Made by a program: the position numbers and the translations under genes. A stretch of DNA of 64,000 nucleotides from Octopus sinensis (Eukaryota), in contig NC_043006.1 in the NCBI RefSeq assembly GCF_006345805.1, positions 19,220,001 to 19,284,000 on the forward strand, given 5' to 3'. Under the pieces are notes generated by a model. It was not told where the DNA came from, searched no databases, and was given only the letters and a program-made list of their open reading frames with translations. Below, in pieces: positions 54,590 through 64,000 of this stretch (position 1 is its first letter; every line of letters begins with the position of its first letter).

Positions 54590-56259
54590 ATTTTTTCATG
54601 ATACGTGTGACATAACATGGATTGTGTTTGCAGTGTTCACAGATCATTGAGCAGCAGTCATAAAGTCTGTATCTTAATAATCGGCATGAATCATCGTAAT
54701 ACAGATAAATCTTTTCAGATGGATTCCAATCCTCCATGTCGTTTAACTTTGTTCTCAGCAACTTTAATCTTTATGCTCTCCAACGTTGCTGACTGTTCGT
54801 TAATACATCAAGCTGCTTCTGAGGAAAGGTGTAAAAAAAATCGTCAAATTTAGCCCGAATACCTTGTACATGTGTGTATTACTGTGCACCTGCCCATGTG
54901 GGTTTATGTATGTATTTGTTGTCACTGGTGAGCCGAAATTAATGTGTTATTTCGAAAATACAACACAGAAGGAGTCTACATGACAGTTGAAACCTGAATT
55001 TATGTAAGGTTTTGTAGTACAGAGCAGCAGAGGTGTTAATGATAGTTTGTTTATGTGAAAAAGTAGAACGTGAATGGTTAGGTCTGCTGTGTACTTGACA
55101 TAACACAAGATAATTAATAGTGTAGCCTTATAAATAGTCTGGGTTGGAGATAACTAAATATTTGCAATATTTAACTTTGTTCTTTGGTCTGTTGTCAAGT
55201 GTATGGTAATCATTACACTTCTGTAGATACTACGCACAAGTTCAAGTAATTTGTTAACATGTGCGTCATCTACCTATTTTTACTTTACTTGTATACTCGA
55301 GTCGAGTTACGTTTGAGTAGAGTATTATACTCAACTGTATATCCCTAGATGTTCACACCAGTATACACTCCATGGAGTGTGACTAATTGAACCCGATTGA
55401 TGAAATATGAGAGAAAAGTAGATCACGAAATTCAATAAACTGCTGGTGTCATTAGTCATGTTTCAGCACTACCACCTATCTGACCGGATAGTTAGCGGGA
55501 CCACATGACAGTATGTCCCCATGCGTAAGTTCCACAAGAGAAATAGTCCATTTATGCAAGGACCACAAGGTGATATAGCCATGTAACTAAAGAACAGAAG
55601 TCTTTTGAAATCGCTGTTTTCCTAGAATTCAGGGCACATCTCAATAATTACCAAGGATAACTTAGAAAGAAATATACTCCATCGAGTTGACTTGCTTTCA
55701 AGTAATAAGAATTAAAGAAGTAAAAGCAGCCTGTCTTGCCTGTCTGCCTTTCTACATGCCAATATATTTACTGTAAAAATGTAGATAAGCTCTTCATCCG
55801 CTCATACTTCATATTTAAACTGATAAAGAAATAATTAAAAACGAGATACGAGCACGAGCAACATAAACACAGTCGCAGAGATATAAAGCGTTTAGAAGTT
55901 TCCGTCGCAAGACTTTGAAACAGAAATTAATTGATAGTTATGAAATAACATACATAATCTAACCACATTAATTGCTTCGCTTTATAAACTAAGATAAATT
56001 CTTACGAAATGAATTAGTTAACAGAAATTTCGTTTATCAATACATCAAGCATTACAATAAAATGATTAATGACGTTTTGATAAGGGAATTTCGTGAACAG
56101 AAAACTTATCCAATAAGACTACTTGTTACCATGTTTGTATGAAATGATTTATATTACCATCTACCTTCGTTAGATATAACAATAATGAGTCGAAGTTTCG
56201 ATTCTGAGTAATTCTTCCATACGTATGTATTCGCCCCCTAGAATATCGCAGCGCGTAAA

Positions 56260-56636
56260 TCTCTCTCTATATAAACGGCAGTTTGTCTGTGCGTGTTTCT
56301 GTGTGTCTGTTTTCTCGTACCCTCACCCTGGCCACGGCTTTCAACCGATTCTGATGAAACTTGACACACACATAGCCCAATGTCATAATTCAAAACTAAC
56401 GCAGCGAAAATTTTGAAAAGTTCCCCCAGTTCTGAAAAAAATCGATAAATTCGACATGGGGTCGAGAATAAAAAAAAACAAACCACAGACTGTCTAGGGG
56501 ACGCAACTCAACCTTTTATTACTCTCAAAAAAAAAATTTACCATCATTTTTTTCCCATTTTTTGGCTATAACTCTCTAAAAATGCTTTATAGTTATTTCC
56601 CTTACAAACCTGAGCAACGCCGGGCGATACTGCTAG
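56260..56636 (+). mobile_element. Non-autonomous Helitron
   Basis: A|TCtctctctatataaac ... cctgagcaacgccgggcgatactg CTAG|T: AT target, TC start, subterminal GC-rich imperfect hairpin, CTAG end. Confidence 0.8.
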
Positions 56637-56659
56637 TCACCTATAAGTCCTCATCTTGA

Positions 56660-56949
56660 GAATAACGTGATAACCCTGCCAGTGCTGGTGCCACGTAAAA
56701 AGCATCCAATTCACACTGTAAACTGGATGACATTTGGAAGGGCATCCAGTTGTAAAAATTATGCCAAAGCTAACCTCGCCTGTGCTATTGCCACTTAAAA
56801 AGCACCGAGTCCACTCTGCAGAGTTAGGAAAGGCATCCAGCCGTAAAAACCTTGCCAAAACAGACACAGTAGCATAGGGTAGTTTTTTTTATCTGGCCAG
56901 CTCCTGTGAACCGTCCCACCCATGAATGCGTGAAAGATGGACGTTAAAC

Positions 56950-56982
<33 letters not shown>

Positions 56983-56985
56983 ACT
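56660..56985 (+). mobile_element. SINE-like/RTE-tail element with internal duplicated module and (GAT)n tail
   Basis: gtgctggtgccacgtaaaaagca..ggaagggcatccag module twice; ends gatggacgttaaacg(atg)n. Confidence 0.7.
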
Positions 56986-57050
56986 GGCTCTTCAGCTGCA
57001 TCCATTTGTGGGAAGCGGGGGTATTTAGCTGTGCAGCACTTATAGATAGA

Positions 57051-57798
57051 CTAGCTTAAGGTGACCCGCTCTACGCGCGGGTAAGCGTGAGGTTGTTACT
57101 TTCTGTTGCTTCCGTTCTGTTTTTTATCATCACATTCTCTCTCTTTGTTTCTCTCTCCTTTCTCTCTCACCATCCCACTCTCTTACTCTTCATTTCTCTC
57201 GGACTCTCCCTCGCTTTCTTTTACTCTCTATCTTTCTCTATCTCTCTCGCATTTATAAACAACAAAAGATCTTGAGTAAGTTGAGAAAGAAAATATTTTG
57301 CAACATCAGTCATAAATATCAGGCAGTGACAACGGAAAGGTCTGCTTCAAGTCAGACAGCAAAACACTAACATTTAAAAGGGACAGACGAACTTGCGAGC
57401 TGAATAAAAATTTTTTAAATATTGGAAACCAAACTTTGAAGGGATAGAATCTGAGGATAGTAGAGTCACCATGGCTGGCAATACTTAACGACGGACAGCA
57501 ACATGGTGGCAGTTTAACGGCTGGAGTAAAATTTTGAACTTGATGTAAAAGAAAATTCCTAAACACCCGCTCCTGTAAATTTTAATCCCCTTCCAGCCCC
57601 ATTTAGACCCCTTTTCACATTTTGGTTAATATAACCCGATTTCATTCGGGTCTACTCGGGTCACATTTTATAAGATGAAGAATTTTGTCCTAGAGATCAC
57701 GCCTTTCATTTGAGGAAAAGAATAGTTGCCATGCAAACTCACCAGCACTTTTAACATAGGTGTGCATATTTTCAGCTCAACCGACCACATCATGCAAC

Positions 57799-57810
<12 letters not shown>
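57051..57810 (-). mobile_element. Non-autonomous Helitron (3' end clear, 5' end lost in TA array)
   Basis: Minus strand acccgc-gcgtaga-gcgggt hairpin, then caccttaag CTAG|T at 57051. Confidence 0.6.
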
Positions 57811-57864
<54 letters not shown>

Positions 57865-59362
57865 TTAAATCCTTAAAAATGTTTTAGCCCGAGGGCCGCG
57901 GCCATATATATACGCATTAAATATATATGTACATATATACGCATTATATATATGTGTGTGTGTACGCATTATATATACAAATGTATACAATATATATATA
58001 TATATATATACAGATATATACACTTTGTATATATACATTATATATACATATTTATATATAGAACACGCACAAATATTAATTAACCCAATAAATATCTGAT
58101 TCATAATATTTGTTCTCATGATTGTGTGGTGGTGGTAGTGGTGGCGATGATAATTCTCTCTATGAATGCAGACAGACGTAGAGAGAGAGAGAGAGACAGA
58201 CAGAGAGTGACAGCGCTGGCAAAGGCAGCGGGGGAAAGATAGTAGATGCTGTCAAGCGACGTTATAGAGAGAAAGTGACGGGAAGGGAGGAAACAGGGAG
58301 AGACTGAGGGAGACGGGCAGATAAGAGAATGGGAGCAGACTGGCCAAAGTGTGCATTTTTTGCCCTTGTAACCACACCTTTTCAGATAGGGATTTCTAAT
58401 CTAGCCCACGAACATCCTCACCTCATTTTACATGTGCCTGTAAATTTTGGAGTCCATCCGACGGGATCTAGTGCCCTTTAACCCGTTCTCAATGCTAAAA
58501 CCAGACAAACAAACTTTTTGCATTTCAGAATTATAATATAGAGATGTACATGGAAACGAATATAACATTCTGATTGTATTCAATAATTTGAACCAATAAG
58601 TTTGAATAAATGTCTACAAAGATAAGACATTACAATAGTTAAGTTATCGAATACTTTCATAGCTGCATTCAATTTTAATCTACTGATAAATTATAACATA
58701 CAGCAAAAAGATAATATACGTTGATAAATATCGGAAAAGTATTGCATAGCTAATAGTCAACAAGCAACATAAAATTTAATGCATAATTTTAAATAGCAAT
58801 TTATATTTGTCCGTGCGTCGATTAATTAATAATGACATCAACAAGTTTGTCATAATCGTCTGGTGTATTTTTACAGTTGTGGTGCCGGTTGTACTTATAG
58901 CATAATAGCAATGATTGTGGTACAAGAGGAGGTGCTGATGGTTGTGGATCGATTTCGCCCAACATCCAGTCATCGAATTTGTCCAATATGTGTGTGATCT
59001 GTAATGGCGCTGGAAAACACTGTAGTATATGTGTTTTTGTTTTATTTTTAATTACTGAATCTAGAGGAAGGAACACTAACTGCAGCCTTCGCGGGCCTTC
59101 CAGAAAAAAATTATGTCGATGCTATTCCAAGTCTACACCCGCTTGAAAGACACGAGCAAGGACAGAGATGAAAATGCTCAATAATCTTGTTATGTGCATT
59201 GGTTAGTGCGAGTCTAGGGTTAAACACAACAGGAGTGATGAGTGGAGAGAGAATGAAACGTTTGACGTAGCATAGGCCCAGTCAACTCCCTAATAGCGGT
59301 AGAAAAGGCTGAGAGGCAACAGTGCTCCATTTAACATTTCCTTCGTATTCGTGCCATATTTC

Positions 59363-59393
<31 letters not shown>

Positions 59394-59395
59394 TA

Positions 59396-59772
59396 TGTTT
59401 TTTCCTTCTTTCTTCAAATTTTCTTCCGTTTCTCGCCGAGTGTTTTCCATACACCTAGGGCAGAGAAGGGCATTGTATGCATTCCCAGATTACATGCGCA
59501 ATTCACAGATAAAATATGTATTTAAAAATTAATAAATAAATAAATTCATGGATGGATGTTATTTTCACAGCGATAGTGCTCTTCTCAGTACATGAGCCGT
59601 TCCAGTTAATACGATTTTTTGCACTTCCTGTAGGGATGGTAAGCCTGGAATCATTTTCAAATAGTTTTCAGTGCCTTTTTTTATCATTCCTAGAGATCCT
59701 ACAATCACTGGTACTGTAGTCGCCTTGAGATGCCACATTTTTTCAATTTCCATTAGCAGGTCTTTATATTTA
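59396..59772 (-). mobile_element. R4/Dong-type 3' fragment flanked by (TAA)n on both sides
   Basis: SKYKDLLMEIEKMWHLKATTVPVIVGSLGMIKK..EVQKIVLTGTAHVLRRALSL + 3' UTR; (att)n arrays at ~59370-59395 and ~59773-59815. Confidence 0.85.
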
Positions 59773-59819
59773 CTTATTATTATTATTATTATTATTATTA
59801 TCATTATTATTATTATTTA

Positions 59820-60415
59820 ACGAGGTGAGCTGACATAATTATTAGCATACCGGGCGAAATGAGTAGCGGTATTTTGTCTGCCGTTACGTTCTGAGTTCAA
59901 ATTCCGCCGAGGTCGACTTTGCCTTTCAACCTTTCGGGGTCGATAAATTAAGCACCAGTTACGCACTGGAGTCGATATAATCGACTTAATACCTATGTCT
60001 GTCCTTGTTTGTCCCCTCTGTGTTTAGCCCCTTGTGGATAGTAAAGAAATAGGTATTTTGTCTCCTGCTACTACTGAGTTCAAATTCCGCCGAGGTCGAC
60101 TTTGCCTTTCATCTTTTTGGTGTCGATTAAATAAGTACCAGTTACGCACTGGGGTCAATGTAATCGACTTCATCCCCTCCCTGCCCCTGTGGCAAAAAAT
60201 TGATGTAATAATAATAATAATAATAATTATTATTATTATTATTATTATTAAGACGGTGATCTGACAAAATCGTTAGCACTCCGGCTACCACTCCGTTATG
60301 AGTTCAAATTCCGTCGCGGCCGACTTTGCCTTTCATCCTTTCGGCGTCGATGAAAAGAGTACCAGTATGTACTCTACTGTCCCCTCCCTGAAAAGAAATT
60401 CACGCCTAGTGCATA
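59820..60415 (+). mobile_element. SINE E with a partial second tandem unit (59820-60200) and another degenerate copy (60250-60415)
   Basis: Same linker tgtctgtccttgtttgtcccctc..tagccccttgtgg..taaagaaataggtattt as the 44.1 kb array. Confidence 0.85.
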
Positions 60416-60429
60416 TAGTAGAAATGTTT

Positions 60430-61440
60430 AATCATTATTCAACATTTGGCAGTTTCAGGCAAATTTCTGCTGCATCTCCTGCTTCACATCTGTGTTTCTG
60501 GGATGAGTGCAGCATTGTGTGTTCTTTTTTTTGGTTTTTGAGGGAGTGCAAACTCTTCCCGATATTCTATCACGTCAGTTTCTTTTGTTCTGGTTACAGT
60601 CTTTTGCTGTATCAGTGTTTGTATCATGTATTGTGTGTGCAATGCTAGTTGTGTCCTGTTGGGCATCCGGTCCGTTTGTGGCTGTTTAATCTTTTGGATA
60701 TTTGCTATATAGAGTGTGTTTCGTGTTTGTGAATTGTTTTGTTTGGGTTGTATAATTGAATTGATAGTGTATTGCATAGTATGTAGGTGGTTCCTAGCAG
60801 TGCTATTGTTTGGATAGTGTGTAGTATTGAGGGTCCAGGTATAGCTTTTATGGTTTTGTTCAAACGTATTTTATCATTCTGAACGCTCCAATTTTTACTG
60901 GTATTGCTTTCAACCTCATGTCTCACATCTTGAATACTTCAATTTCGGGGCCTTTGTACTTTTGACAATTTCTCCATTCTTATTTCCACGATCCTTGATT
61001 ATTATATCTGGGCGATTATTATGTCTTTGTCAGTTTCAACAGTCATATCTCAGATGGTTGTGGCCTTGTTGTCATGTACCATGTTTGGCACCTGTATATA
61101 ACATTTTTGCCAGTTTTTAAGTTGTAGTGTTGGCATATTGTCCACTGGATATACTTATTTACTCGGCCACGTCTGTATAAACCTATATATTCAAATTTGG
61201 CAAGATATGGTCAGCTGTCGCATTCTGCTGGTTCCACATTCTGCTTTTGGCATTAAGGCCTGTTTCCATTATTTTGCTTTTATAGTTTGTGGTCAGGAAT
61301 TACTATTTTGTTGTGAATATCAGTCCTTCTGCTTCAGCTTTTAGCCCAGAGCTTTTGCGCTGGTTGATTCCCTTGTTATTCATTCCATTGTGATTTTGAT
61401 TAAGTCGTTTGAACTCCTCAAAATGTTGACGACAATCTTC
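60430..61440 (-). mobile_element. R4/Dong-type element 3' part (decayed)
   Basis: Minus strand LKAEAEGLI..HI..QWTIC..RPEIE.MR..IALLGTTYILCNTLSI. Confidence 0.7.
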
Positions 61441-61765
61441 CGAATATTTGACTGGGATGTTCTTTATTCGTTAAATTATAGTGTTACAATAAATTTTGCC
61501 TTCTTAATGAATGCACAATAATATTCGATATTCAAAACAAATATAAATACTTCATTTCCGTTTTTGTAAATGACTATCAACTCAACATCGCTATTTTTCC
61601 CGAATAACTTTTTGACAGATTCACCTATAGTATACACAAAACATTTTACTTATTTTATTAAAAAAGAAGTCGCATACTTCTTTGACACTCTGACAAAGTG
61701 GTTCTTGGCCTTTGCTTATTTTTTGTAGCTCTTCTTTTTAAGTAGTTGTTATGTCTAGTGCATGT

Positions 61766-62095
61766 GGAGGCGCAATAGCCCAGTGGTTAAGGCAGCGGAT
61801 TCGCGGTCGTAGGATTGCGGTTTCGATTCCTCTTTCACCACAACTTTCTCTTACTCTTTCTTCCTGTTAATGTTGTACTTGTATTTCAAAGGGCCAGCCT
61901 TGTCACAGTCTGTGTCACGCTGAATCTCCCAAGAACTACGTTAAGGGTACACGTGTCTGTAAAATGCTCGGCCACTTGCACGTTAATAAATGAGCTGCAA
62001 CGTCACTAGTGCCAAGCTGTATCGGCCTTTGCCTTTCCCTTGGATAACATTGGTGGCGTGGAGAAGGGACGCTGGTATGCAAACTTATCAATCAC
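61766..62095 (+). mobile_element. Chimeric SINE: family A head/body joined to family C 3' body
   Basis: A sequence to ...cacttgcacgttaat (~61987), then aaatgagctgcaacgtcactagtgccaagctgtatcgg (family C). Confidence 0.8.
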
Positions 62096-62109
62096 TGAAC
62101 TTGGTACAG

Positions 62110-62396
62110 TCCGGAAGGCCATATCCGGAAGGCGATCGATCATATCACCATTATCTACCGCCGCTGGGTCATTTGTCACAAACTGTTGGGTCTACAGAGG
62201 GGCACAACTTGGAAGTACCAACCATCGATTGCAGTCTACGACACTCAGGCTGAGGTTGAGAGCGGACCCCTCCACAAAATATCAGCCTCACCCTGATTCA
62301 TCTTGCCTCTGTGATCCTAACATCACCTTGTGCTCTATCACTAAATACTTCAGCGCTCTGGCCGAGAATGAGACTGACAATTGGGAGATCTTCTAA
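62110..62396 (+). mobile_element. RTE-type LINE APE endonuclease C-terminal fragment
   Basis: IDHI..RRW..VTNCWVYRGAQLGSTNHRL..TLRLRL. Confidence 0.7.
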
Positions 62397-62599
62397 TCAA
62401 GCGTGCACTAGTCTTCATGTGATGTCCTGGTAATATTTTAGAAGGATGCACGGAAAAGTTTCCCATATATAAATACCATGTAGTTATCTTAATGCTGGAT
62501 TACAAACAATTTGTTTTATTCTCTCCCGCTCACCTTCTCTCTACGCACAAGAACACACATTCAAACACACACACATATATATATATATGTATATCATAT

Positions 62600-62850
62600 A
62601 TCAGTGTTCTTGAGCAAGGCACTTTATTTCACGTTGCTCCAGTTCACTCAGCTGTAGAAATGAGTTGCGACGTCACTGGTGCCAAGCTGTATCGTCCTTT
62701 GTCTTGGATAACATCGGTGACGTGGGGAGAGGAGGCTGGTATGCATGGGCGACTGCTGGTCTTCCATAAACAACCTCGCCCGGACTTGTGTCTAGGAGGG
62801 TAACTTTCTAGGTGCAATCCCATGGTCTGCGTCGTGACCGAAGGGGGTCT
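62600..62850 (+). mobile_element. SINE family C lacking the tRNA head
   Basis: gtgttcttgagcaaggcactttatttcacgttgctccag..gggtaactttctaggtgcaatcccatgg..gaagggggtc. Confidence 0.85.
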
Positions 62851-63177
62851 CCGATATAATATATCAGCCATATAGCGTCCGACATTCTTAATTGTCGCTA
62901 TTTTCACAATAGTATATTCCTCTAAAAACAACGTATATTCAACCCCTGTACGAATTCCCTATCGAGAAACAAAACTAACATATAGGAACCTGTGCTATCC
63001 TAGGTAAAGAAAAACAAAATTCAACGGGACAGTAATAACGAGCAGATATTAACGAGAAAGTGAAAACATTAACACAACCGAATTAATTCAACCTCGTAGA
63101 CACTCAGCTTGTATGTATGTATGTATGTATGTATGTATGTATGTATGTATGTATGTATGTATGTATGTATGTATGTA

Positions 63178-63591
63178 TACTCTTACTCTTTTACTCTTTT
63201 ACTTGTTTCAGTCATTTGATTGCGGCCATGCTGGAGCACCGCCTTTAATCGAGCAACTCGACCCCGGGACTTATTCTTTTGTAAGCCCAGTACTTATTCT
63301 ATCGGTCTCTTTTGCCGAACCGCTAAGTAACGGGGACATAAACACACCAGCATCGGTTGTCAAGCAATGCTAGGGGGACAAACACAGACACACAAACACA
63401 CACACGCATATATATATATACATATATACGATAGGCTTCTTTCAGTTTCCGTCTACCAAATGCACTCACAAGGCTTTGGTCGGCCCGAGGCTATAGTAGA
63501 AGACACTTGCCCAAGGTACCACGCAGTGGGACTGAACCCGGAACCATGTGGTTGGTAAACAAGCTACTTACCACACAGCCACTCCTGCGCC

Positions 63592-63592
<1 letters not shown>
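63178..63592 (-). mobile_element. SINE family B, full length, inside a (TATG)n array
   Basis: Perfect (tatg)n at 63112-63177 and 63595-63640 on the two sides. Confidence 0.93.
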
Positions 63593-63623
<31 letters not shown>

Positions 63624-63687
63624 TGTATGTATGTATGTATGCATGCATGCATGCATGTATGTATGTATGTATGTATGTATGTGTGTG

Positions 63688-63740
<53 letters not shown>

Positions 63741-64000
63741 TGCGTGTGTGTGTGTGTGAGTTTATAGGTGTCATGTGACTCGATTTTATTTTTACGCCTT
63801 CCTATTTAGCAGTACTGCTGTACTTTGACCTATTTCGCTTTATTGATTTACCTCGCTAAGTGTTTCCTACAAATAAGCATTTTCAGTATGACAGCGAAAT
63901 ATGTATCCATATAATTAGTGTTTGTATTGTGTGTTTGTATATATATATAGCGTGTGTGATACGCTATGAGTAAAATAACTTTATATTTGTATAAACGTCG

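Noticed and set aside
58900-59147. Cys-rich open frame containing CVICNGAGKHCSIC
   Set aside because: A single CxxCxGxG word, short frame, no homology recognised.

Overview
Eukaryotic, very AT-rich, repeat-dominated window. I found no convincing host-gene exon, no rRNA or true tRNA gene, and no CRISPR. Most ORFs in the supplied track are translations of (TA)n/(TATG)n/(CA)n microsatellites. The repeat repertoire (several tRNA-headed SINE families, kb-scale TA arrays, abundant Penelope-like remnants) looks like an Octopus/coleoid cephalopod genome; this is inferred from recalled repeat families, not from a search. Main content: (1) Penelope-like retroelement (PLE) remnants of three lineages. 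One is a near-complete decayed copy at 30386-35146 with RT, C-terminal GIY-YIG, terminal direct repeat, hammerhead-like motif and a putative mini-intron; its RT has an unusually long motif A to B' spacer. The others are Hydra-clade-like copies (10.9-13.5, 23.3-25.7, 53.1-53.4 kb) and a Neptune-like 3' fragment (7.1-8.6 kb). (2) About eight minimal hammerhead-ribozyme-like motifs in PLE-type ends, mostly degenerate. (3) Fragments of CR1, RTE and R4/Dong LINEs, Tc1 and mariner transposases, MITEs and non-autonomous Helitrons. (4) Many SINEs, including chimeric, inverted and internally tandem-amplified copies. (5) Two 345-400 bp inverted duplications that look like locally templated insertions, and several hairpins. 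Coordinates of decayed elements are approximate (tens of bp), and identity figures were estimated by eye.
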